Shown: in pieces, positions 1 to 12,798 of the stretch | Layout of the letters: each line of letters starts with the position of its first letter | How positions within the stretch are numbered: the stretch's first letter is position 1 | Assembly: GCA_028534125.1 (NCBI GenBank) | Contig: CM052816.1 | Location: 20,400,001-20,464,000, forward strand | Direction of reading: 5' to 3' | From: Lama glama | Lineage: Eukaryota | DNA: 64,000 nucleotides | Notes under the pieces: model-generated | The model's input: the letters and a program-made list of their open reading frames with translations, nothing else | What the model was told of the DNA's origin: nothing | Database searches by the model: none | Made by a program: the position numbers and the translations under genes

Positions 1-999
1 CAGCTCAGTCAGAGCTACCTTCATGCTCACAGCTGACTTGGTGGCAAGACAAGGCAGCTGGGCGGGCCATCCATCTGGCGGGAGTCTGCCCTGAGTATTG
101 ATAGGGAAGCAGAGCTCAGGGAGAAGACATTAGAGACATTGTTTCCGGAGGCTGCAACAGAGTATATGGCTGGCAATTATCTGTTTCTGATCCATTAAAG
201 AATGCTTTGACATAGGAAATACAGATTAGGAATGAAATTGTAATATAATCAAATTGCGTTTTTATGGAAAGTACTACATTTTTCTCTAAATAAAATTCAG
301 TAACAAAATTTTATTTGCTTTCCCCCCAAAATGCCTTTCCAAATTGATTTTTCAGAGAAATTGTGAAAACCAATGTGGTTCAGGGTAAGAAAGGCCTAAA
401 TCAGAGGCCTCTGATCCAAAGCACAGCATGGTTATTATTGGTCATCTCAGGATACCTTGGGCTCAGAGCTTCCCTGATTCCCTTAAACACTCCTAGCCAG
501 TTAGCTCATCTTTCACAGAGCTCTCTGGGAGATGGCTTACATCCTGAGATGCCCCTGCAGGGGTGGAGGAAACGTGACAGCAAAGGATGGCTTGTTCTTT
601 CGGAGTCATCCCACGGTAATGGAGCAGCAGGCAGGTGTTCAGAGGAAAATTATTAGAAGAAGCAGATATGAGGTTTAGAGTTTAGAAACTGCTGGCAAAG
701 AGGATGTGCAAATTACTTTCTCGATGGGCAGAGGTTTGCAGAAAAGGATTTTAAGCTGTCCATGCATAGCCCCAAAACATTCATATGAAAAGTCAAAAAT
801 TCAGGGCCAGTGTTTGCCCTGTATTTTTATATTTGCAAACATCTGGATCAACATTGGAATTTGTCATCTACCCAGATGCTTTATATTCCTTGCATGGGGC
901 CAGCCATATGCACACAAACAGGAATTGAAAGATATTTATTCTTTTTATAGTAACTATATAATCAACCATCAGGCTTTCGGTAACTGTAATTAACCATCA

Positions 1000-1690
1000 G
1001 ATAGCTATTGATCGCTTATGCTAGGCATATGTAAGGTACAAGAGACGTATGTCATGATCCTTCACTTAAGAAAAGTGGCATCTTATTTGGAGAGACAGAC
1101 TCAATACACATGGTACACTTGACCCTGGTTCTCCCTCTTGTCCTCACCATGAGATCTTTCCTGGGTGTATGATAGGAACTAGAGAAGCCTGGGCAGCCAG
1201 GAAGGCTTCCTGGAGGAGAAGGACTAGATCCATATCTGACATTGTGAATGAAATTTAAGATAATGAATGAAAGGAAGGGTTCCCTTTATGTCAGGGAAAG
1301 AAGATGGGCATTTTTTTTAAATTGAAGGATAGTAATTTGATTTACAGTGTTGTGTTTCTGGTGTAGCAGATACACACTGGTATCCACAAAGTAGATAAAC
1401 AACAGGGTCCTACTGTATAGCACAGGGAACTATATACAGTAGCTTATAGTAACCTATAATGAAAAAGAATTTGAAAAATATGATGGGCATTTTTCATAGC
1501 AGGGTATACAGCTGAAGGGGAGGATGAGCTGACTGGTGGAAGGGGAGTGTGAGTGGGGGAGTGAGGACACTGAAACCACCAACATGATTGTGAGTCTGGG
1601 CTGAATTTTGGGGAACAAGGAACAAGTATGTAGGGTGGGGCCTGCTGGACAGAGACCTGAACCCCTCTTGAAGAGTTTTCTCTTTATTCA
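1000..1690 (-). mobile_element. Degenerate L2 LINE 3' fragment, interrupted by the small L1 at 1316-1481
   Basis: L2-like antisense motifs (tcttatttggagagacagac; ggaaggcttcctggaggag). Boundaries approximate. Confidence 0.45.
1316..1481 (-). mobile_element. 5'-inverted (twin-primed) cetartiodactyl L1 3'UTR insertion
   Basis: Poly-T plus antisense L1 terminus (attgaaggatagt..gatttacagtgttgtgtttctggtgta) joined to sense L1 3'UTR (gcagatacac..ggtcctactgtatagcacagggaactat..gaaaaagaat). Exact 13-bp TSD gatgggcattttt at 1303-1315 and 1482-1494. Confidence 0.9.
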
Positions 1691-1912
1691 GGGAACTAAA
1701 GTTCCAAGTGAGGGGTCAGAGTTTGTGCAGGGGGTCCTTCCTCCCATCTGCACACCCAGCACAACACCGTCTATAGATGGAATAAATCCTACCTTCTTCC
1801 GTAGGTACCCACAGCTGTACCTGAATACATGGAGGCTTGTGTGAAAAGATGCAGTTTTACTGAGAAGATACTAAATTTGAAGTAGCTGTTTGGCACTGTA
1901 GATTGTCTGGAG

Positions 1913-2007
1913 CAATGTTTCCCCAACTTACAGGATTACTCTCAAGTTTAGTTGTTAGTTTTACTATTAGGAAGAGAACCTCCTGCCCCAGAGGTTGGGC
2001 ACTACTG
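1913..2007. mobile_element. Possible hAT-Charlie MITE (MER5-like)
   Basis: Imperfect terminal inverted repeats caatgtttccccaact / aggttgggcactactg. Both flanks carry a ctgg core typical of hAT target sites. Confidence 0.4.
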
Positions 2008-2959
2008 CCCTGGGTGGAGTCAGCAAATGGGGTGTTTGGACAAGGGTGAGTACTGGTCCAAGGTGGGCTCTGTGGAGATGGTTCTGGAGCTGAGTCAAGG
2101 GCAGTTGGAGAGGTGGGAGAGAAGAGACTGGCTGGCCAGGAGGCCCACTGGGGAGAGAATGGGGTGTGAAGGGCTGGAAAGGTGGGTGTAGAGCAGGGGA
2201 CAATCCGAAGGACTGTGGGGAGAGGCAGGTAGCAAGGGCATAGCGTTCTGCTCAGGGAGACAGGCAAGGACATGGGTGCCCTTTCTCTCCTGAGGAGCGC
2301 CGCCTCAGATTAGGGCTCCTGTCACCCTGAGTGGGTGGCTGCCACCCACACCAGGAACTAAAGGACCAAGCAGTGAGAGGGGCCTACGGGGTTTTGTTTT
2401 ACAGGCTATGAAATTGGATTCCTCCCTGCCCCCCAATCTCAGCAGAGTGCTGGACGCCTGGCTTGGGGTTACAGCTGTTGGCATCAGAGGCCTTGGAGAA
2501 CAAAACAGAAAGTCTAGGGAATTCAGCAGCTAAGCATGGGTTTCTACCCTGCAGAGCATCAAAACTGTGGGCTCTTCATATTTTCCATCCAAGTCACGTG
2601 TTTACCGAAGAAGTCAGAGTAATTGAATTTAGGAAAAAATGAGCCCCAAGTCAGGCTTATTTATCCCCCTTGAAGGTTAAATCCAGTTGTCTGGCTTTTG
2701 TGTGAGCTCTGTCTACACAATCTTTGTTCTCAGAAAGACTGTGATGAGAAAAGTGGAGAGCAGAGACTATTGTGAAGTAAGTCGTAAAGCATTTTCAAGT
2801 CAATGGCAAAGTACAAAAGCCGCCCCCACCCCCCGGCCTTTTTTTTTTCCAGAGAGAACGAGTTGTCCTCAACATCCATCCTCTCTTCTCTAGAACCATC
2901 ATTCTGCGGTTGGCCCATCGCTCCACTTCCCAGCCCTCCTGCTAGCTGGCTTTGACCAA

Positions 2960-3295
2960 TTCCTAAGTACTGGACTGTGGAAGGTGAGCACGGTGATGTG
3001 AGCCACTTCTACAATGTGCCCTTAAACCATGTGCCTTGTATTCTCCCACCATTTTTCCTTCCCATTTTATCTGGAATGCAGGCGTGGTGGGATGAGATGT
3101 CCAGGACCCCAGGGAGAAGGCAGCCCCCTCGGGATGGGTGTGGGACTCAGGTAGAAGGAGTCTGGGACCCACCCGCACTGTGGAGTCACTGAGCCAAGTT
3201 GTCGTGCACCGGAGAAATAGATCTCTTACTTACCGAAGCTGCTGTTACCTTGGGTCTCTCTTGTCAGCAGTTGATATGGATCCTCATTTATATAA
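2960..3295 (+). mobile_element. Old MaLR LTR (MLT1-family)
   Basis: MLT1-like 3' end: gagaaatagatctcttacttaccgaagctgctgttaccttgggtctctcttgtcagcag. Confidence 0.5.
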
Positions 3296-3552
3296 TTCTT
3301 TCATTTGAAAGCTGAATGTGTACAGTTGGAGAATTAGGAAGATGTATAAACTGTTTAAAGATTTTGGCAGCTCAAAAATATTTGGATTCGCTGTCTTGGG
3401 GCATTCCTTCACAAGAGGGAAAAATGAAAGGTTTTCTTAAGACCTGCCAGCTGGTAATGAGTTTGGAAAACTCACTGTCCTGGGAAGCCCCCTTGGCTAT
3501 TCTCCAGTCTTACTCCAGTTAGCACCACCCTGGCTGAGAAGCTCTTCATCTC

Positions 3553-3668
3553 TTACTGGATTGAAATGCCAGCTCCAAGAGAACAGGGATTTTTGTTCAC
3601 TGCATATCCCCACACTACAAAGAACACCTGGCCGATAACAGGTTCTCCATTGATGCTGACTGAATTAG
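3553..3668 (+). mobile_element. L2 3' end fragment
   Basis: agctccaagagaacagggatttttgttcactgcatatcccca..gaacacctggc matches the L2 terminus. Confidence 0.55.
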
Positions 3669-4504
3669 TATACCCAGAGCTCAAACTTTGTCTCCTGGCT
3701 TCTGAGCTCACTGCTCTCTTCCTCTGGTCTGGTCTACACATTTTCTTAACCTTGCTACCATGCACATCTTACTACCTAGCCGGCCCCTTGCCCCTGACTG
3801 TCATTAGCTCCATGCAGGATGGCATCTACACCCCTTGAGTTACTCCTGGGGTCCCAGTTCCTCCTACATGTGCCCCTGGGCCACGGGCTCAGCCCCTGGT
3901 ACAACTATCAGCTCCCAGGTCATGGCGCCACTGCCTGTATCCATGTCTTGCTGGTTTTGCTGAGTCTACTTGGAAACTGGTGAGCTTCTCATCCTCCATG
4001 GCTCAGCCCTTGCTAGCGTCTACCCACTCTCCACGGTCCTGCAGAGCTGGCCCTCCCTGCCTTGCTGCCCCATAGCACAACTACACTTCCATCTCAGAAT
4101 TTCCCTCCGTTGAGGTCGGTTCTCTGGAGTCTGTCTATCCATCAGCATGGCTGCCTGAGGACAGAGCCTGGGTTACCTTTATCTTAATTCCTGGCCCCCG
4201 GGTCAGAGTGGACATCAATGAGTGTAACAAATACATCAAGCAACTCTGGTTTTGTCCTGTCCTTGTGACCTTGACTAACTCATTTCCCTTATCCTCTGTG
4301 TATGAAATGGAGGTAATAATTGTTCTTTTGCCTGTCTCATCTGGCCTTTGTAAGTGTTGAGGAACATGCATGGATAAGTGTCCCCTTCTGCCCAGTGTGG
4401 ACATACACATCAGTTTTCCAAGCCATGATACTGGGACGGCTTCTGAGTCACATCCAACAGATAAGATCAGTTCTGATACTGAATCAACTGCAGTGGTTTA
4501 TTCA

Positions 4505-4735
4505 TTTGTCCAAACATTTAAAAAGCACTTACTGTGTGCCAGGCACTGGTTAAATGTTTTACAGTACTATCTCATTTAATCCTATTTGCCACTCTGTGAG
4601 GTGAGTGCCTCTCTTATACCCATTTTACAGATGGGGAAACTGAGAGGTTGAAAACACTGCGGGAGGGCAAAGTTGGTGAGTGGAAGGACGATGGTCTGAA
4701 GGCAGGCAGTCCAGCTCTGCAATCCAGGCTGTCCA
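4505..4735 (-). mobile_element. MIR SINE
   Basis: Antisense MIR core: cacttactgtgtgccaggcact..ctcatttaatcct..cccattttacagatggggaaactgag. Confidence 0.85.
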
Positions 4736-7700
4736 CCTTTGTACCTGCTATCTTTCCAGAGGGCCAGAGGGCTGGTAGCTCTGTCATGGCAAATGGTCAC
4801 AATTGCAGTCTTCATTTGGCATCAGAAGAGAAATAGAAATCCCCGAACAGAGTCTCACATTGCTATCTGGTGGGCTCCCTTTAAATGCAGGGTCGGTGAT
4901 TTCACCGTAATAAATGCAGGTCTCTTAATCAGGTAATCTGACAACCACAACATTTGCCAGGGAAATTATGCCCCTCTAGAAGTGATGGTGGGGAGAATAA
5001 GAAAAATAAATGAATCAAGAGTATATCAGAGCTGATAAGCCTCAGGGACATGGCTGGAACACAGTGAGCACTAGCTTTTTAAAAGCAATCACTGGTAGAG
5101 CGATTGGGACTGGTTTCACATACATCCATCACTGGGGAATTGCTGCCAGCCTGCCTCTTGCCAGTGCTGATTATGAGCCCACATCCTCTGGCTCATACCT
5201 GGCCAGTTGTTCCACACTTCCATTACTATTATGACTGGCATAGAGTGGATGCCTACCAGGGCTTGGATAATTCCACTGAATCATCTGTGGGTAAAAGAAG
5301 AAGAGGACTGAGGCAGTTCCATCCTAGGTCAGGCTTGCTGGAGCACCAGAATACAGCGTGAGCGTTATGGCTTTGCCATGAGGTTGCAGCAGCGAGGAGT
5401 AACCCTCCCTTATGTTAGCATAGCATTTCACGCTTTCTGAGTACATGCACTTCTCTTGTTTTATCTGCCACATTTTGCACTCCTGGATTTTTTTTCTTTG
5501 TGTAGATGCAGTGTGTACTGGGCCCTTGGTGACCATTACCATTGGTCAGAAGTTTTATTCTTTTAGCTCTCTCTTCCCAACTCAGCCAACCAAGGACCTT
5601 GCCCCAGTATGAGCTGCTGTGTTCCTTCTGAGGTGCCATATTGAAAGCCCACAGACTTTGAATTGAATGGGAAAGGGTTAGAGTTTCTTTCGTTTTCTAG
5701 CAGAAGAAACTATATACTATCTGGAAAAGTGGTAACCCCATCTCAGGAGAGTCACTGAATCTTTGGGGACACGTTCCTGACACCAGAGAAGCTGTTACTG
5801 TTGCCCTTTGAAAATTAGATCTGTGTGTTTCTGTTGCCTCTGGTTGGCTAAACCTTCTAGGACTGGACAGACCCTCTGCACTTGGTCTGGAGTTCAATGC
5901 TGGCAACTATTTGTTAGAGAAGAATTTATAGGCTCCTGGAACAGGTCCTCTGGGTATAGACTAAAGCAACGTGGCTGCCATTTAAATCTTGTCACAAATA
6001 AGTCTCAATCCCTGAGGCTTCTTTTTGGGAAGAAATAGGGTGCCTAATAAAACAATGAATAATAATTTGGGGATGTTCATTATTTACAGCTGCCCCAGGT
6101 CATCCGTAAATTATGCAACCCTCAATTATGCTTGATTTCTTCTTTCCGTGGAGCCATCTCTCCAGACTGCCATCACTGTGGGTGATGTCTGTGTACTAGC
6201 TAATGCTACCACGAGGACAGCTGCCCATTTCTTGAAATGCTTCAAGTTCCCTGGTTGAATGCTTATGTTCCACAAACTATCTCAGTGATAAGTCCCTAGA
6301 TACTTGGAGGGAAAGAAAGACCAAGGATTAGGCTTGACAGAGGGTGTGTGTGCCTCTCTCTGCCAAGCATCAAAGAGAGGCTTCGCTGGGTACTCAGGGA
6401 GCAGCAGTGGCCTGGGGTGAAGGAGAGGGTCAGTGCCAGCAGTTGCCTCTCTGAGGTGGGGAAGCTCAGGGTGGCTGAGAAGCAACAAGTGAGGGGAGGG
6501 TGGTGAGGTTGCATCACCTCCCAGAGGCATGCAGCCAGTTAGTGGAGTTGGGGTGCAACACAACCCGCTCCCCGCCATCCTCGCAGATGCTTTCCCCTCT
6601 GCAATTACCCCATGTTGACCAGGAAAGTGGGAGGGGAGAGAGGACAGAGGAGGTGGGGGTGCAGGGCAGCAGCTAGCCAGGCAAGGTGAGCATCCCCTCC
6701 TGCCTTTTGCTTACCCGTCACTTTCAGCTCTGCGCTTGGCATGTAACTGAAAACAAGACCTTTCCCTAACGTGGAGTTTAATGATCCCTTTAATGCCCGA
6801 GCCCGAGCATCGCTTCTCTCTCTCGCCTGTTCCCTGTCAGCCATGGGGCATTAAACCGGTGATAAAAATGCCTTTTTCGTATGGTCCACAAACTCACCAA
6901 GAGGCTCCTGGTAGCAGTATAGCCATCCGGCATGAAATCAAGAGGCAATCACCTCGGATGAGGCGAGATGAGCCTTGTGCAGGAGCAATTAGCGGAGCCT
7001 GCGTCCTGGGTCCCGTCCTTCACCATCTCCTTGTGCCCGCACGGTCCACCTGGGCCCCCGCAGGGAGGGCTCCCACCATGGAATCCCACGGCCCAAGTCC
7101 AGTTGTAAAGTAGGTGCTTTTCTTTCCCAGTCTGCTTTTAGGGCAGTGAAATGCTTCATCACGTCTTTAATCCAATTGAATATAGCATTCCTGACCCAGA
7201 TGGCCCCTGGGAACAAATGTCCTTGGTTATGTTTTCAATTCAGAAAATACGAAACCCAGAAGAGAAAAAAAGGAAAGGAATGGCCAGTTATGAATATGCA
7301 TTAATGTGATGCTGCATTTGGAGCTGGAAGCAGGAATCATTTATTTTAAGTAAATCGGATCTTGATACATGGCCCGTGAACATGCCGACTTCTCTATCAC
7401 CCAAACATGCTGGGCTTGTTTGATTTATACGGTGTGGCTGAGGTTTCTTCCCCCAATTAAAAATGAACTGAGAAAAATCATTAATTTAACTACTGTATAT
7501 TAAATTTGCATTAAAATATCCGTTTGTCTATATTTATATGTGAGTTATCAAAAATGTGAGCTCATGAATTCTAATTTCTAAGATCACATGCCAAATATTG
7601 AAGATGGATTTTATTTGTTTCTGCAATTAATTCTATGAGAACAAATAGCTCTAATTTAGGGGATAGCAGATGTAACTGTCCGCTGGTGCCCTCCCTGCAT

Positions 7701-8359
7701 AACAAATACAACATTCATCTTTTCTCATTAGGATTTTCCTGTGCCTGGTCTCAAGATATGCACACCTTGGCTCTCTTTCTGCATCTGTGTTTCAACCACT
7801 CTCAGCAGACACACCTAGAAAATACTTGGGAAAATATGGACCGTGTCAGATCTCTTTTCTTCTGCTTGTCTCTGATGTGCAGAGTCTTCAGCCACATCCC
7901 AAAGGCTCCACAAACATTTTTTCAAAGGATGTCTGGACATTAGCCAGTGGGTGGGGGAGTTGATGGCTTCAACATCAGTATGTAGATGGTAAGGAAGGGA
8001 GGCTATCACCCGGCCTCTTTACCCGAGCACCAGGCCCACTACTTAGATTGAGGACTTTGCTTCTCCTGTTCTCTCTGCAGGAGGCCGCCCTCCCCAACCC
8101 ACCTCTCCCAGGCTGGGCTGTCCATGTGGAGCATTGCAGGTCATGGGACAGTCGTAGCCCATCAGGACACAGCACTTCTCAGTGTGCACAAAGCCCAGGG
8201 CTCCAGCCTCATGGCTGCAGTGGCAACTGATGCTGCAGGAGTGGTGTTCTCAGGAATTCTGCCTCAGGGCAGCCAGACACTGTTTGTCATCCCTCAGGTG
8301 CCTAGAACAGGCAGCAGATTTACTGTAAAGGCTCTCTTTGGGTAGCCTCATTGCCAGCA

Positions 8360-8560
8360 CTCATGTTAACATGTACTTTGCATCCACTAGGTTGGATGTG
8401 GGGCTTATGCCATTTTTAGCCATTAGTCCGAGGCAGTTCCTACCCTCAAGGAGCAAAGCAGGCAATGACATTGCAGTGTGATAGGTGCTGTGATCAGGAC
8501 CAGACCAGGGGAGCTGGGAGCAAGAAAGGGGAGGACTCTTGTTTCTGCTTGGCAGGCTGC
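8360..8560 (-). mobile_element. L2 fragment
   Basis: cagttcctaccctcaaggagc..cagtgtgataggtgctgtgat are antisense L2 3' motifs. Confidence 0.5.
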
Positions 8561-9884
8561 CAGCTGATTGGGTAGCTGAACTTACACTTCCGCCCCTGAA
8601 GGGTTTTCACTGCATCAGGAGTCCCTTAGTTCCACTCTGATGATTGTCATGTCTGTATAGGGGCTGATTCGCCAGATCCTCTTATTTCCGGACAGAGTGC
8701 TCTGGGTGGGGCCCTCACTGTGCCAGGATGACTTAGGGCCAGGAGAAACTCTGCCACTTAGGGGTGGGGTCCTTTCCCTGCACCATGAGATGCAGAGAGT
8801 CTCACTTGCCCAGTGTGCTCTCTGCAGGCAGGGCTGAGGTCTCTCTTCCACGGACACATGTTGTCATGGGTCCGGTAGTGAGAAGCTGCATTCTCTGTGC
8901 TGGGATTTCATTTTCCGAGTGCAGCTTGCTGTTCTCATCCCCTGGGCATTTCCAGGGTAGTCTTGGCCTTAGCCTCTGCTAGGGCCAAAGGACCACTCCT
9001 AGGAGTCACTGCTATGCCAGAGGAACTCAAGGCCCAGTCAGGAATGCTGGGTCCCTCGGAGACCAGGCCCACCCTGCTATGGGTGAAACAGATGCTTTTC
9101 TAACAGGAGCTTCCAGTGGCTGGAATTTCCTCTGGCCTTGCTCCTCTCCTAGGGAGACTCCCGATTCCTCCATCTGATTAGCAGCATTTCTACAATCACA
9201 CTTTGTAATTATTAGCCCCAGGAACCTGCAAGTCGAGTACATCACATTATCAATGACAATTGTCGTGTCGAGGTTGTTTTTTTCCCCCTCTTCCCTCAGT
9301 CACAGGATGATCAGACAGTCTCCTCTTGATTTTCAAAGAGTACATCACTCCTACATTTGGCTTTAGAATATCTTAACGTATCCGGGAATGAATCACAGAC
9401 TTCACAGGGCTGCAGCCGAGTCCTTCTAGTGGCTCCAGAGGGAAGCATCTGACTCAGGGCCGTTGGAGTCAGAAAGGGCTGTAACAATCACCTTTTACTT
9501 CCCTAAGGGTGGGGAACATGTCGGTGTGAGGTAAAGATTTTCCCTGCTTCACTCACTATTCCCAACCCGAGCCTCACATCATTGGGGGGCAGCTCAAGAA
9601 AGCAGAGGGTGGGGTGACCACTTGCTATGGTCTATCTGGGGTCTGCCCTCCCTGGACAGCTAGAAACAAAGCCAGGAGGCCGAGGTGGGGGTGGTGTCAG
9701 CCTGCCTGCCTGCCACCTCTCCTTCCACATTTGCCCTGCTCCAGGTGGCTGGTGCTGCGCCACGAACAGAAGTACCAGGAGATAGCCCGTCACACCCACT
9801 CAGGTGTGCCTGTGCCATGCTCCCCTCTGCCTTCCCTGCTGCCCCTGCTTCATCCAGACACCCAGGCATCAGCAGAGAGGTCAC

Positions 9885-10095
9885 AGCACCCAATGGGAAG
9901 GACTCTGGCTCTCGAGTCCCAGAGGTCTGGGTTCACTTTTGACTCTACCCGTGACCAGCTGCTTTGCTTCAGGCAAGTCATTCCCCTTGCTGAGCTTCAG
10001 TTTCCTTACCTGTAAAAGAAGGTGATGAGCAGCATCATTTTGAGGTCACAGGAGGTAATGCGTGTGACTATCAGGACAGGACCTGGAACGCTGTG
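9885..10095 (+). mobile_element. MIR SINE
   Basis: ggcaagtcattccccttgctgagcttcagtttccttacctgtaaaa is the MIR core. Confidence 0.75.
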
Positions 10096-11435
10096 CATCT
10101 CTGCCAGGGGTGGCTGTTGTGATGTCAGCATCTATTCTGCTATAACCAGATTGCTGCACTGCTTTGTGTCCGCCCTTCCTCTCTGCCAGAGGTGGGATGG
10201 GGCGCCTGCAAGGAGGGGCTTTCTCCTGTGGGCTGAGAAGAGGTTCTCGTTTGATGGTTGTGTGCTGAGGACTCACTGGGAATCAAGCTTGGCTGTAATC
10301 ATGAGGTGTTTCTTGTTCTTAGTGACATCCTGGAGGAGAGGAGACCAGAGTGGAGAGATTTGGTCATCCTCTCAGAGGTGGGTCCTGTGCTATGGGAACC
10401 CTGGACAGGGTTGAGAGGAGCCCACAGAAGTCTGCCTGGAGGAGGTGGCATGAGGCAAGGCTGGAAGGATGAGGGCTACCCCTTTTGGGAGGATCTTATG
10501 TTTGGGGCTGTACTTGGGGACCCCAAGCTCAGGTGTTGCACACCTGGTAGAAAGCCTTGGTTCACATGTATGCCTCCTCCCTCAGCTGCATGCTTCTGAG
10601 GGTGGGGGTGGGAGGGTGAAATAGGGGTGGGGTGGAGTGGGGTAGGGGTACAAAGAGGATGGTGTGCTGTTTGTATATCTCTAGAATCTAGCAGAGGGCC
10701 TCAGAGTAGGCCCCAGTAATGTTGAGAAAATGAATGAAAATGTGAATGAATGAATGAGAAGGCATGAAAATTGGGCTATTTTGTGGAATGCAATCTGGGA
10801 TATGTTGTGTAGACTTTGGGGCATCAGCAAAGGTTTTTGGAAATGATCAGACTTAGCACTTGTGGAATCGAAACAAAAGAAGATAGCTACCTGCCACTCT
10901 GACCCCGCAGCTTGTCTCATCGCCATGACTTATGTGAGTTCTATTAAAGTCTTATTCATGATCATACAGGTATCTTACCTACTGGGGTCACCCCAGGGTA
11001 GGCTGCTTGGGAGGACAGAGGGAGGAAATACCTGGCTGAAGGGAGAGGGAGGCTAGGGCTCAGGTTGTCACTGTAGTCCAGGGAAGTGGAACTAAGAGGG
11101 CAGGCCGGGGGCTATGAGCAGAGAGCTCCTGCAGAGAAGGCCAGCTCCCATCCACTCAGGACCTGAGCAGACATCTGCTCTGCTCATAGTGACCGACATG
11201 GCCTTTTTTGCAGGCACTCCCAGAAAGTTTACTTTCAGGAATTCCCATGTGAAGCTTGGGATTAATCCAACCAACTTTCCAGCTTTCTGAGCCTGTATTC
11301 AGGAGGTCGTCTCTCAGCTGCCCAAGTGATGGGCTAGTCATTGGAACTTTTCAAGAGTTCGGGTACTGAGGTTGCTTACAAACACCGCAAGACCAGCATC
11401 TGGTCCTCAGATGCTCGAGGGCGCATGGCTCCCAC

Positions 11436-11988
11436 TGTGCAGGAAGGAGTTGGCATTCTCCTGAGACTGCTATCCTAAGAAAGATGTGCCTGCAGGTGGG
11501 CGCTTGGTTGACATCTGAGAACTTGGCTGGTCAGTAGTGCCCTGCACTGATTTGAAACTTCCCCTAAGTGGTATATGTGGCTCACTGTGCCTAGACGGTT
11601 TGTACAGTGTGGTTTATGCTGAACAACTGCTTTCCTCCTGGGAGTCTGGGATTTTGGTATGTGCTAGACAGAGGGTGTCTGTGTGACCAGTCCCAATAAC
11701 AACCTTGGTCTTAATGGGAATGCTTGGGAGAAATGTCTCACCCATGATTCTGCCTTTTTCACACCGAGGGAAGAGTGAGCTCTGTGTGACCCCTCATGGG
11801 AGGGAAAGAGCATAAGGCTGCCTGCACACAGGTTCCTCCAGACCCTGTCTGGGTTTTTTGTCCTTATGACCCAGCAGTATATCTTTACCATTTTTTCCAT
11901 AATAACTCTTACCTCTGAGCACGGCTCTATGCTGAGCATCGTAGTGACTCTCTGGATGGGGAGGGCTCTTGGGGATCTCCACCAGACC
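11436..11988 (+). mobile_element. ERVL-class solo LTR, MER77/MER68-like
   Basis: Starts tgtgcaggaaggagtt..ctgagactgctatcct. Internal gtggtttatgctgaacaactgctttcctcctgggagtctgg and ctctgtgtgacccctcatgggagggaaagagcataagg match the remembered MER77 consensus. Confidence 0.8.
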
Positions 11989-12361
11989 CCCATCACCAGC
12001 TTCTTCTTCTCCCAGGCTACGAGTGCCCAGGGACAAGGAGCATACCCAACACTCATCTCGGTTCTGTCTTCCCTTCACCTGGGCACTTGGTCATCAGCCC
12101 ATGGCGCTGGATTGGGTCTGATTGCCGCAGGCCAGTTTGATGGTGCCGGGGGGGTGAGGCAGACAAAATTTGCCTCATGGAAAAAAGTCATAATAATCAT
12201 AGCAGCAATAGTAGCAGCTCTCATTTATTGAATGCTTCTCTGCAGAAAGCACTGAGCCAAGCTCTTGTTCTCTCAACCGCAAAAGGTTAGAGTCCATTCC
12301 TCATCCTCATCTCCTGCAACCTTGGAGTGGTATTTGATGAAGTTAATCACAGCTTCCACCA

Positions 12362-12798
12362 GAGTCCAGTCAGGATCTAGTTAGGGAAACAGAAAGCATA
12401 CGAGGTGTTGTGCTGGCTTCATTTTTTACTGATTGTAACCACAATACTACCCCATGGGTGGGGAACAGAGGGAAGAGGTTGAAGCTGTCAGGACCTAGCA
12501 GCTTGGGGGTAGGGGCGCCTGTGGACTTGAGACTCAGACATCGCAGGGTGGCACTGCTCAGGTGGTGCTGGAATCTACTGCCACTGCCTGGTTGAAGGCC
12601 ACAGTTGGGGTGAGGCTGATGGGGACAGGAAAGTCCCTCCTCTCTGCTTCTGTCTTCCCTCTAGTGCCTCTCCAGGGAAAACCTAGTGGGAATCCGGGTG
12701 GCCAAGGAAAACATCTCAAGTCCTTGTGCTGACATCACAGAGCAGAATATAGAATAGAGGGTTGGGGGCTGAGAGCCAGTAGCTTACTCACTGGCACG
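12362..12798 (-). mobile_element. ERVL 3' LTR (LTR41-like)
   Basis: Minus strand begins gtgccagtgagtaagctactggctctcagcccccaaccctctattctatattctgctctgtgatg, directly after the purine tract caaggggtagac (PPT-like), and ends ctgtttccctaactagatcctgactg. Confidence 0.65.
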
